From Candidatus Binatia bacterium (lineage in GTDB: Bacteria; Desulfobacterota; Binatia; UBA9968; CAXXLF01): DNA of 64,000 nucleotides. Location: NCBI GenBank assembly GCA_963664015.2, contig CAXXLF010000002.1:160001-224000 (forward strand), read 5' to 3'. The notes under the pieces are model-generated. The model was not told the DNA's origin. It did no database searches and saw nothing but the letters and a program-made list of their open reading frames with translations. Below are positions 31,579 through 40,869 of the stretch, piece by piece; position 1 is the first letter of the stretch, and the number at the start of each line of letters is the position of its first letter. Position numbers and translations under genes: made by a program.

Positions 31579-31856
31579 AGCAGCTCACCCGAGTAGAGGG
31601 CAGCCCGAAGCATGGCGTGGGTTGCAGTGGGGTTGGCCAGCATAATGAAAACGGTGATTAAGAGGAGCTTCAGGCTCACAAGATTCACCCCGTTAGTAAC
31701 CGCAATGCCCAGGAGGATCAATTGAGCCCCCAGCGTGTCGCACTTCCCGGCCGCGTGCAATCGTGTGTAGACATCGGGGAATCGAAGGAGTCCGGCGGTA
31801 CCCGTGAAAAAGAAGAAAAGGCCGGCCACGATTAGAATGATCGCCACGAGACCCAT
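31554..31856 (-). CDS. mrpG: Mrp antiporter subunit G
   Basis: GLLRFPDVYTRLHAAGK, NPTATHA. Confidence 0.92.
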   Translation of the reverse strand: MGLVAIILIVAGLFFFFTGTAGLLRFPDVYTRLHAAGKCDTLGAQLILLGIAVTNGVNLVSLKLLLITVFIMLANPTATHAMLRAALYSGELLWKVGPKK

Positions 31857-32126
31857 TTACTGGGCTGCCTCCTTTGACTCTAGATACTTGGCGACGGCCA
31901 GAGTGCCGATAAAATTCAAGAGCCCATAGGCCAAGGATATATCAACGAACATGTCCAATCGCCCCTTGATCATACCAATCAGGGCCAGAATGACCACCGT
32001 TTTGGTCCCAATGACATTAATGGCAACGATTCGATTGAAAATCGCAGGTCCAAAGACTGCACGGATCAGTGAGAGGATCACGAGCAAGGAAAGAAAAAGC
32101 ACCGAACCTAGAAGAAACCCTTCCAT
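31857..32126 (-). CDS. mrpF: Mrp antiporter subunit F
   Basis: GPAIFNRIVAIN, DISLAYGLLNF. Confidence 0.9.
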   Translation of the reverse strand: MEGFLLGSVLFLSLLVILSLIRAVFGPAIFNRIVAINVIGTKTVVILALIGMIKGRLDMFVDISLAYGLLNFIGTLAVAKYLESKEAAQ

Positions 32127-32131
32127 GCACC

Positions 32132-32698
32132 TTAGTCCTTTCGTGCCATCGGCCGCTTATCTTCCCTGTATATGGCGGCCACACGTTTTTCCATTTCACC
32201 ACTGAGGAGATCATCAGCTACTTTTTGTGTGATGGCATGTACGCAAAGGGTGCCCTCTCGGACATCAGCGGTAATGGTGCCTGGCGTTAGCGTAATGGAG
32301 GTTGCCAAGGTCGTCAATGCCCACTCACTTTTGAGGCCCGTGTGCAATTCCACAATACGAGGTGCTATGGGCAGTCTGGGGTGAAGAACCAATTTAACGA
32401 CGTGTAGGTTTGCCAGAAGGATCTGATAGAACAACCAGGGTAGATAGCGGCAAAATCGAAGCAAAATTCCGACCGATCCTGCAACCTCATAGTTCGGTAG
32501 TAATAGATCGTGCGAAAGATATGCCACTAACGTGGCACAAAGGAGCCCGAACCCAACATGAAAGAGATCGAATTGCCCGGACAATACCAGCCACAGAGCA
32601 AAGAGTACGCAGAAGGTGAAAAAGAATGCGGCCCTGTTGAAGCGACGCGCTGATTTCGAATGATCAGATTTCACGCTCTTTATCCGAGTGGCGTGCAT
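32132..32698 (-). CDS. mrpE: Mrp antiporter subunit E
   Basis: LWLVLSG, ANLHV, SITLTPGT, VHA. Confidence 0.9.
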   Translation of the reverse strand: MHATRIKSVKSDHSKSARRFNRAAFFFTFCVLFALWLVLSGQFDLFHVGFGLLCATLVAYLSHDLLLPNYEVAGSVGILLRFCRYLPWLFYQILLANLHVVKLVLHPRLPIAPRIVELHTGLKSEWALTTLATSITLTPGTITADVREGTLCVHAITQKVADDLLSGEMEKRVAAIYREDKRPMARKD

Positions 32699-32839
32699 GA
32701 ATAGGCTTGGAGCGAAATTAAACTCATTTTGAGTCTTAGAGCTGAACTGGCCCTCCTATTTACCTGGTCCCAGATGATTCTGCAAGCATCTTTTTCCCTC
32801 TTTCCGCGACGCCGGCCCCCAGGTGGAAGGAGCAAAATT

Positions 32840-34747
32840 TTAACTTTCATTTTCCTTAAATCCAAGCTTATACCATAACGGTATCAGGCCCAACCCGGAG
32901 ATCAATAATAGGCCGATCCAGGAAGATTGCCATGGGAACCAGAACGGAGCCGGGCTACCTATGAGCCAGGAGCCGATTCCCACAAGCAGGCAAAACACTG
33001 ACAGTCCGCAAGACGTCATAGCTCCTATGGCGCGCCACAAGCGGCGGGGTCCATGATCCTTCTCAACACCCACTTCCCTGGCAATGGGCCCCCAAAAACC
33101 GATAGGCCTCACTTTGGTGTAAAAGGATAACAACCGACTCCTTTCCTCTGGACCAGCCAGTCCCATGGCCAGTAGGGCTGCTAAAGTGGACACCACAGCC
33201 ATAACCAGCAATCGCAATGCGTGTTGTTGATCGTCGACATAAACGAGTAATATGGGCGCAATGACTGAAGATACTAAGATTGCCGTAATTTCTGCCCATG
33301 CGTTCATGCGCCACCACACCCATCGCAGGATTAAAACGACTCCCATTCCTGCCCCCAGGAGAAGACTCAACTCCCAGGCTTGATGGATAGAAGTCAGTTG
33401 GGTCATAATCAGCAACGCAATGGTCAATATGAGAATATTGGAAAAACGAGCCACCCAGACCAGGGAGCGCTCACCGGGTTCTCGCCTCAGCCAAGCCTGA
33501 CAGATAAACCTTTTGTAAATATCATTAGTCCAATAGGAAGCCCCCCAATTCAAATGGGTATCCACTGTGGAGGCCAAGGCCGCCAGCATGGCGGTCAGCA
33601 TCAACCCCATCAATCCCGGGGGTAACAGTTCAGCCATTCCCCTCACGTAAGTTGCCTCTCGATCGGCGTGCAGGTACTCCTGCGTCAGGTTGGGGTCAGC
33701 AGGGAATAGAAGCAAAAGCCCTAACCCCAAGGGTAACCACAACAAACTTCTCAGTAGGACCTGGGCAAAGGTAAAGACAATGGCTGCGATTTTCGCGTCT
33801 TTTTCGCTGCGACAGGCCATGGATCTTTGAGCGAGATAACCCGTCCCGTCTGAATTGAGTTGGATGATCCACTGAAGGGCGAAAAGAAAGAGCAAGGCCG
33901 AGGAGGCATCCTTGGCCTGGTCCGGGGTGAAAGCCAATATCTGCTGGGGCAGAATACCACCGGGTCCCCCAGTAGCAAATTTCTCAAAAATTTGATTCTT
34001 GATCGCCTCTAACCCGCCCACCTTGCCAACCACAATGATAGTGAAGCTGAGGGTCCCCAGTAACATTATGAAAAACTGTACGATATCGGTAGCCACAACG
34101 CTTCTCAATCCCCCCGTGGCCGAATAAAGGGTCGTGATAAGGACAATCGATCCTATGGAAATCAGGTTGGCTGCGGACTTGACCCAAATCTCTGGATCGT
34201 TGGCCGGGGCTGCGGTCAAAGGAACTTCCACCCATCTTACAAAATCGACAACGGGCTGAAACATCGCTGATGGCAACCAAAGGTCCCAGAGGAGAAACGG
34301 TTCAGCGATCTTGGCGGCGGCAAATAGCACCCAAGCAAGGACGGTACAGTTGAAGATGGTACCAAAATAAACGGCCTTAACCCCTCGAAGGACGGCGGCG
34401 GGTGATCCTCCATAACGGACCTCAGTGAGTTCTGCGTCGGTAATGACCCCTGCCCGCCGCCAACTGGACGCAAGGACAAATCCCATGAGCAAAAAGGCAA
34501 GAGCATAAATCCATAATTGCCACAGCGCAAATATCCCAGCCGTCGCGATAATTCCGGTCACTAGCAAGGGGGTGTCGGCCGCGAATTGAGTTGCCGCCAT
34601 GCTCAGTCCAGCCTTCCATCCAGGGAGACTGCGCCCTGCCAGGAAATACTCTTCTATGTTCTTGGAAGCCTGACTACGGTTTTTAAGGCCGGAACAGATT
34701 GCGTAGATGACAAACAGGGCGATAATGCTCACATCGATCCAACTCAT
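32840..34747 (-). CDS. sodium:solute symporter (PutP-like)
   Basis: EYFLAGRSL, ATQFAADTPL, GYLAQR, STVDTHLNWG. Confidence 0.9.
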   Translation of the reverse strand: MSWIDVSIIALFVIYAICSGLKNRSQASKNIEEYFLAGRSLPGWKAGLSMAATQFAADTPLLVTGIIATAGIFALWQLWIYALAFLLMGFVLASSWRRAGVITDAELTEVRYGGSPAAVLRGVKAVYFGTIFNCTVLAWVLFAAAKIAEPFLLWDLWLPSAMFQPVVDFVRWVEVPLTAAPANDPEIWVKSAANLISIGSIVLITTLYSATGGLRSVVATDIVQFFIMLLGTLSFTIIVVGKVGGLEAIKNQIFEKFATGGPGGILPQQILAFTPDQAKDASSALLFLFALQWIIQLNSDGTGYLAQRSMACRSEKDAKIAAIVFTFAQVLLRSLLWLPLGLGLLLLFPADPNLTQEYLHADREATYVRGMAELLPPGLMGLMLTAMLAALASTVDTHLNWGASYWTNDIYKRFICQAWLRREPGERSLVWVARFSNILILTIALLIMTQLTSIHQAWELSLLLGAGMGVVLILRWVWWRMNAWAEITAILVSSVIAPILLVYVDDQQHALRLLVMAVVSTLAALLAMGLAGPEERSRLLSFYTKVRPIGFWGPIAREVGVEKDHGPRRLWRAIGAMTSCGLSVFCLLVGIGSWLIGSPAPFWFPWQSSWIGLLLISGLGLIPLWYKLGFKENES

Positions 34748-34801
34748 TGAATCCCTCAGAAACCGGAGTAGAAACGAAGTTCCCTCATGGGTGGAACCGT
34801 A

Positions 34802-35558
34802 TTAAGACGTCCAAACGCCCTTTGGGTCATATTTTCTCACGGCGGCGATCTCATCCATCGAAGGCGGAGTGGTTTCTTGAATCTCATCTGCAGGTTTTAG
34901 GGTCCAGGCCGTTTCGCGTTGGATCTCCTGAACCGTGCCACCAAGGTGATCGGAGCTCAGAACCATTTCACGGCTCGTGGAATCAAATGAAAAGATTCCT
35001 AGGCTCGTAATGACGCGACTGGGTCCTCCACCTCTAAGACCCTGCTTTTGTCGCCAATCATAACCGCTACCGTATCCTGGTGAGGTCATAAAGTGGACCT
35101 TAGGGGAAAACCGACGTCTCTCATGATTCATGATAATAATGCATCGGCCCGCCAGGGCCGCGATGTCTGCGGCCCCACCACTCCTGGGAAGCCGAGTTCG
35201 CTTCATTCGGTCTGCGACCCAGTGGGTGTTCAGGTTGCCCAACTGATCCACCTCGGCTCCACCGATAAATCCCAATTCGACTCGTCCGCTCTGAAGCAGA
35301 CCCATCACATCCAACAGGCCGCCGCAGGAGAGGGAACGGGCCACGTTGGGAGGATCGCTCATGGTGAAGATGGGGGTCCAGGGCGGGCCAATCCCGGATC
35401 ACCCCGTTTTCAAAGATTCCTATCGTCGTAGGGACGTGAAGTTCCTTTGCGACAACGAACCCAAGCAGAGGCAGCCGCATGCCGACAAAGGCCTTTTCCC
35501 CGTCGTGGATCTCACGAGCGGCGGCCACAACCATCAATTCTCTACGCGTATAATCCAT
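34802..35558 (-). pseudogene. gctB: glutaconate-type CoA-transferase beta subunit, frameshifted
   Basis: N-part ELMVVAAARE...FVGMRLP...FENG and C-part GGAEVDQLGNLN...GGAADIA are in different frames; the shift maps to a G5 run at 35372-35376. Confidence 0.8.
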
Positions 35559-35560
35559 CG

Positions 35561-36471
35561 TCAAAGGCCGAAATTAACGGGTAGCGGGAGTAGTTCGGCC
35601 CGTGGCTTGAGGTTAGCCACCCGTTTTTGACCCAGTCGTTGAAGAAACTCCGAATGATCCCTAATGCCGAGCACCCAGTTATCCAGCCAACGCAAAGATT
35701 CGTCCATGCTTCGGGATTGCTTGTGGTAATCAAAGAAAAAATAGTCATCCCGACCAACGTAATCTTGCGTGGGCGAGGCATGGGAAGCAAAGGGTTCATG
35801 AACAACCCTGGATACGACAAATCCGGGGATGACCGTACGGTTGGGATCCGTAAGGATCTCTTCGTGAGTTACGATCTCCTCACAGGTCAGGATCACCCTT
35901 CGGGCCGCCATTGCCGCTTCCTGCACAACTCCTAGATTGCCCCAGAGATGGGCGTTACGCTCGGGGTCGCCCTCTGGACATGAAGAATGGCAACATCGGG
36001 AACAATGGACCGAACGACCAAAAGCTCCTCACCGGTATACGGACAACGGAGCGGTTTAAACTGGGTGTCGTGGCTAAAAGCGCTTTCCCGGATCGTCTGA
36101 GTTGGCAGGAAAGGTAATCCAATCGCTGCAGCCTTGAGACCCACGCGCAAGGTAAAATTTGAATGTTCCTCAATTTCCAATGGGCCGGGTATTTTTTCCT
36201 CCATGGCCCGTGTAAAGTTATGCCCCAAGCCTGCCGCCACATTTCCAACCCAGGCTGTGAGGACCTTTTTCGCACATCCGGCCCCTATGAGTTGATCAAA
36301 CTGAATATCGGAAATTGGGGCGATCAGCGTCAGGTTCCTTTTATTCTGCCTAACGATTTCATGACTAGCCGCGAATGGGATCAGAGATTCAAGCCCACAG
36401 CCCATAGCGACCGACATGCCATCCACAATTTCTTCGCCAATTGCCTCCTGCATTGAGCAGAGTTTCTCCAT
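35561..36471 (-). pseudogene. gctA: glutaconate-type CoA-transferase alpha subunit, frameshifted
   Basis: IPFAASHEIVRQ, DQLIGAG, CPYTGE, PDVAILHVQRA, then a frameshift near 35967 into GNAHLWG-like...EEIV...DPNRTVIPG. Confidence 0.8.
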
Positions 36472-36523
36472 GGCCCTTCTATCTATCTGTTCATTTAAAA
36501 TCGGAACTTCCTAGTTTAAGGTC

Positions 36524-37744
36524 TTATCTAACGCCATCGGATTTCAGTTTAGCGATTAGGAAAGCTTGATCCCTATCTCCCTTGGTGCTGTTACATGCCC
36601 CGCAGAGCAGTTGCAGGTTGTCCAAATGATCGCTCCCACCCTTACTCTGAGGAACCATGTGGTCCACCGTGAAATTGCGGAAGGGGAAGAACACCCTGCA
36701 ACCTCCGCACAGACCCTCTTGCTTGCCGAATAGTTGATGCTTGTGGGTCCGGTATCTTGGCAATTCTCCCTGGTCCGTCCGCTTCGGTATGTCGGATCGG
36801 CGGATCGGCTTGAAGTTGTGGAATAGGTCAATCTCCTTACGGATTCGTACCTGCACAAGATCGACTGCTTTCTCAGAAATGTCGATGCCTACCCACTGAC
36901 GGCCCAGACGTTCGGCTGCGACACAGGCCGTGGCGCACCCGGCGAAGGGGTCTAGCACCATATCACCATCGTTGGAGCTGGCCTGGATGATACGGGCCAG
37001 CAGGGCTAAGGGTTTTTGTGTAGGGTATCCGACCCGTTCTTTAGCGTTCGGGTTTATTATAGAAATCTCCCACCAATCGGGACACGGACTCTTGGCTTCA
37101 CTGTCTGTGGACGTTGCCAGCCTCATGCCATCTTGGAAAACGGCCTGCTGCTTTTTCCCCTTCCACCGCTTCATGGTGCCCTTCGACACCGGAACATACT
37201 GCGGGTTGAACGTCGCAAGGTCAGCATTGGAGTAGAAGAGGATGGTGTCGTGGTTTCTAACGAATTGTTTAGCTTCAACAGACCATTTCCTGTAGCACCA
37301 AGAAACCTCATTTCTAAACTCTCTCACTCCGAATACTGCATCCATGAGCAGCTTCAGGTAATGGCTCGCCGTGGGATCGCAGTGAAGGTAGACGGAGCCG
37401 GTGTCTTTGAGTATCCGCCGCATCTCTAGCAACCGGACGGCCATCATGATCAGATAGGATTTCATGCTGTCCCCATTCGCCAACCCCGCCGAACCGATAA
37501 CTGAGTACATAGTCGGGTTCTGCTCGGCGATTTCCCCGTGCCAAGCCACGTCTACATCGTCAAGGGTCCAGGTGTCCTTGAAGGCCGCTCCGGCTGCCTC
37601 CGAACCGATAGGAGCACTGTAGTTGCGGTCACTTTTGAACGGCGGGTCCAGGTAGATCAGGTCAACACTCTCGGAGTTCATACCCCGCATGATGTCCAAG
37701 TTGTCCCCGGTCCACATGGTTCGGTTTTTCCAGTTTGGTTCCAT
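36524..37744 (-). CDS. N6A/N4C DNA methyltransferase (beta class) fused to a C-terminal HNH endonuclease domain
   Basis: GDNL, YLDPPF (motif IV), GYPTQKP and DPFAGCAT (motif I), followed by CGGC...VDHMVPQSKGGSDHLDNLQLLCGACNSTKG. Confidence 0.9.
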   Translation of the reverse strand: MEPNWKNRTMWTGDNLDIMRGMNSESVDLIYLDPPFKSDRNYSAPIGSEAAGAAFKDTWTLDDVDVAWHGEIAEQNPTMYSVIGSAGLANGDSMKSYLIMMAVRLLEMRRILKDTGSVYLHCDPTASHYLKLLMDAVFGVREFRNEVSWCYRKWSVEAKQFVRNHDTILFYSNADLATFNPQYVPVSKGTMKRWKGKKQQAVFQDGMRLATSTDSEAKSPCPDWWEISIINPNAKERVGYPTQKPLALLARIIQASSNDGDMVLDPFAGCATACVAAERLGRQWVGIDISEKAVDLVQVRIRKEIDLFHNFKPIRRSDIPKRTDQGELPRYRTHKHQLFGKQEGLCGGCRVFFPFRNFTVDHMVPQSKGGSDHLDNLQLLCGACNSTKGDRDQAFLIAKLKSDGVR

Positions 37745-38647
37745 TCAATCTTCTGTGTCCGGCAAGTCTAGATCAAGATTTGTATTAATTCTGGGTCGCC
37801 ACCTTTGCAGTCTACGCTTAAACTCACTCCATGCCCGTTCTGGGTCGTGATGGGTGACAGTATTCATGATGGCAATTGCGCCATGTAGATGTTGCATTAA
37901 TTCCAGATAGCCCACTTCCCTAGTCAGGTGTTGATGATGCTTGCCTTCCCTTTCTCCACTCTCCATCCTTGGGTTGAATAATTCCAGTTGATCTAGTAAC
38001 CCAGGCGCTAGTCTTGCGTACACAATGTCATTTGTGTAATAGCCTACGACTTGTGGTCTATTGATATTCATTCCTTGCCATGCCCACCCCTTGAGCCTAA
38101 AGATTTCCTTGTAAAACTCATCAGGGAATGTCTTGGCCCATGCTGCCCGTGTAGGCGTCAGGTATCGGTCCAGAATCGCTTGTAATGCCGCTTTGTCTCT
38201 GATTTCCTGATAGTTAGTGGCCTCATCGACTAATGCTGCGATTCCTACATGAGCAAATCCACGCAACAAGATTTCAGCTTGTTCTGCTATATGCGTCTGT
38301 GACTGATATAACGCATTCGCGTCACGGGCTTTAAGATATACCTCACAGACACCCGGCAAAATCTCTGCCGAATATCCAAAGATCAGATGTTTTTCGAACC
38401 AAAACTGTACAACACTTGTCGCCATCATTAAGTCTTTGGATATAAAGGGTTTTAGGTTGTTTTGGGCTAGAAATGGGGGCAGTTTGTCGCCACCCCCTGT
38501 CCCCCCTCTAATTGAACCAGACCTGCCTAAAGCACCTAAGACACCACGCTGACTCAAAATCCTGCGTCCATCAGCTAGTACAAAACATGTGAATCTTATA
38601 TCTCCTATCTTCAATTCCCCACTATGGGTAGCCTGTGGGACGTTCAT
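37745..38647 (-). CDS. P63C domain-containing protein
   Basis: ATHSGELKIG...DGRRILSQRG, VGIAALVDEATNYQ, WAKTFPDEFY, TNDIVYARLAPG, KHHQHLT. Confidence 0.88.
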   Translation of the reverse strand: MNVPQATHSGELKIGDIRFTCFVLADGRRILSQRGVLGALGRSGSIRGGTGGGDKLPPFLAQNNLKPFISKDLMMATSVVQFWFEKHLIFGYSAEILPGVCEVYLKARDANALYQSQTHIAEQAEILLRGFAHVGIAALVDEATNYQEIRDKAALQAILDRYLTPTRAAWAKTFPDEFYKEIFRLKGWAWQGMNINRPQVVGYYTNDIVYARLAPGLLDQLELFNPRMESGEREGKHHQHLTREVGYLELMQHLHGAIAIMNTVTHHDPERAWSEFKRRLQRWRPRINTNLDLDLPDTED

Positions 38648-39534
38648 GCTGCCACCCCCAATCCAAGATTGATGGTGGAGTTAAAGGCCAGGAGAGGGTT
38701 TACCTTGCGTAGATTGTAGCGGTAGCAGAACTCATCAACATAGCGTTGCAGGTGCTTTCGGCTCACGCTGTGGAACTGGCCGAACATACCGCGCTTCAAG
38801 AGAGCCCAAAATCCCTCAATCGTATTGGTGTGAATGTCGCCGTCTACGTACCATTCTTGATGCTTGATGACGGAATGAGGCAGAACCTTGGACATACTGA
38901 GATAACCCTTGTATTCATCTGTGATTAAACGGGTGGTTGATGTATCAATCTTGCTTCGTACGAAGGCGCGCATGTGTCTGCCCTTCATCTTATCCTTAGC
39001 AACGGACTTAGCTGTAACCTTCCCCCCACGCTCCACAGCCCCGATTACCGGAGCTTTAGGGGTCCCGCGTCCTCTTTTGTGACTACCGCCAGGTCCATCA
39101 CCTGGGGTCCCTTTTCTTGGTTTCCCCCCTACATAAGTCTCATCCATCTCAACGATGCCTGTTAGCATCCCGCGTTGCTCGCTTTGAGTCATGGATTTAC
39201 GGATCTGCATAGCGATCCTCCAAGCCGTGTTTTTATTCACCTTGAGATCGCGGGAAAGCTGAAGTGATGAAAGCCCCTTCCTAGCGTTCAATACCAGCAT
39301 GACTGCAAGGAACCACTTTTGAAGCGGCATATGGGTATGGTGAAATATCGTGCCGACCATCACACTAAAAGATGTTTTACAATCGTAACAGCGGTGGCGA
39401 TGCTGGTTGCGTGCTGTATTGATTGATCGGCAATAAGGACAAACTGGCTTATCCTTCCAGCGGGCCTTTTCCAGGTGAGCTATGCAATCTTTTTGGGTTG
39501 GAAACTGCTCGAAAATCCTTGTAATATTCATCAT
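38644..39534 (-). CDS. IS1595-family DDE transposase
   Basis: Zn ribbon CPYC...CYDC, HTH, EMDETYVGG, ITDEYKGY, HTNTIEGFW, YVDEFCYRYN. Confidence 0.96.
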   Translation of the reverse strand: MMNITRIFEQFPTQKDCIAHLEKARWKDKPVCPYCRSINTARNQHRHRCYDCKTSFSVMVGTIFHHTHMPLQKWFLAVMLVLNARKGLSSLQLSRDLKVNKNTAWRIAMQIRKSMTQSEQRGMLTGIVEMDETYVGGKPRKGTPGDGPGGSHKRGRGTPKAPVIGAVERGGKVTAKSVAKDKMKGRHMRAFVRSKIDTSTTRLITDEYKGYLSMSKVLPHSVIKHQEWYVDGDIHTNTIEGFWALLKRGMFGQFHSVSRKHLQRYVDEFCYRYNLRKVNPLLAFNSTINLGLGVAA

Positions 39535-39565
39535 GCTACGTCCTTTCCCATTGACTATAGGAAGG

Positions 39566-39594
39566 ATCGTACCATGAATCTAAATAGATGTCAA
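39566..39594 (-). promoter_or_regulatory. inward sigma-70 promoter of the IS
   Basis: TTGACA (39589-39594, overlapping the TIR), 17-bp spacer, TGn-TACGAT (39566-39571); GAAAGGA RBS at 39541-39547. Confidence 0.75.
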
Positions 39595-40134
39595 GACCTT
39601 AAACTAGGAAGTTCCGTTTAAAATTGCGCAAATCCTATCACTTATAAATGTGTAAATCCCACTCTTGGCAGCTGTTCGCCTCATATGGCTTTCCAACCGT
39701 CGGTTTAAAACAGGAGGATACCATTTCTTGGATTTTGGTGTTCTCATGGATTGACGTGCTCGCCTGTCGTCATGCTCTCGAATTCGTTCACGGGCATACC
39801 CAAGGAACGCAAGATCTAGTGGTAATAGGCAGGAAAACACAATATCGACCCTACGGCCCATCAGGGCTCCAAATGTTCAGCGGAGAGTGCCCTAGGAAGC
39901 TTACCCAGTTATTGGTAAGTTATTGATTTGTAGTCATATTCGCAGCTTATGATTTAAGCAATACGCTGGCGAACGCTACTTTTGGCCCCCGTGGCTCTCC
40001 CCGAACCCACTTATGCACAACTTAATGAACAGATTTAGTGGAAACTTTAACGCCAGGTCAGTCAAAAAAGTAAGGATTTGGCCGCCTTGTTTTCCAACCG
40101 TGGAAATGCTACGTGAACTTCCTGGATTTAAACC

Positions 40135-40674
40135 ATGGAATCGATTGAAGAGTTGGCAAGGCTCCTGACGGAGCAGAATCGCGTGGATGAGAAATTGGAA
40201 GAGACTCAGGCCTCTCTTTCTTGTATTAGAAAAGAGATCTCAGAATCCCTCCCACGTGCCTCGTTGAACGAAAAAGAGGAGCCCCCATACATGGATGAAG
40301 GACTCGTACAGAAAGAACAGACCTTTGAACGCTTGCTTCAGGCGTTACAGGACATGAAGGGTGAGGTGCAGGCAAAAATTCGTCCCTTGAAGGAGCAGAT
40401 TGTTCAGGCCAACATCAACAATCTCTTAGAAGTCCACGCCAGTGAGGTAGACAGGCTGGAGAGTTGTCTCAACGCCATTGACCAGACGATTCTCGACTGC
40501 CGATCCCTTGTCGACAAGTCCGCTAAATCCCATGAAGAACTCAATAGTATAAATGAAAAATTTTCTCGCTTCGGTGCCGAACCCATGACCATCGCAAATT
40601 CCATCAGCAGCAACGAAATTGAAAAGACACTTCGAGAGCGCATCGAGCATTTGAGACTGCAAGGGAAGCTCTAG
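40135..40674 (+). CDS. coiled-coil hypothetical protein
   Basis: 179-aa E/K/L-rich helical ORF with no recognised motif. Confidence 0.7.
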   Translation: MESIEELARLLTEQNRVDEKLEETQASLSCIRKEISESLPRASLNEKEEPPYMDEGLVQKEQTFERLLQALQDMKGEVQAKIRPLKEQIVQANINNLLEVHASEVDRLESCLNAIDQTILDCRSLVDKSAKSHEELNSINEKFSRFGAEPMTIANSISSNEIEKTLRERIEHLRLQGKL

Positions 40675-40869
40675 AACCACCCATCCTACGCTCTCGATCG
40701 AATCAATGCCGGATGTGAAGGGCAATGGACCGGTAACCCTTTCAATTTTCCCGACCACTCACCCGATTACCTTAGTTTATCATTCATCTACAGCCGAATT
40801 CCCTCTCAATTCGAGAGCCGTTTGAGTTCTGAGCCGTTTCGGGGAATACTTGCGTAGACCACCTATACG

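Larger units (their letters stand above)
36502..39616 (-). mobile_element. IS1595-family element with passenger genes (transporter IS), 3,115 bp
   Basis: Perfect 24-bp TIR CGGAACTTCCTAGTTTAAGGTCTT (36502-36525, reverse complement at 39593-39616); 8-bp TSD TTTAAAAT (36494-36501 and 39617-39624); intact transposase. Confidence 0.97.

Noticed and set aside
25177-32698. Membrane-bound hydrogenase (Mbh/Ech) or complex I operon
   Set aside because: No catalytic NiFe, Fe-S or NuoH-like subunits are present; only antiporter subunits.
39604-39926. Short ORFs just outside the IS end
   Set aside because: They overlap each other or the TIR and show no motifs; probably degraded upstream sequence.
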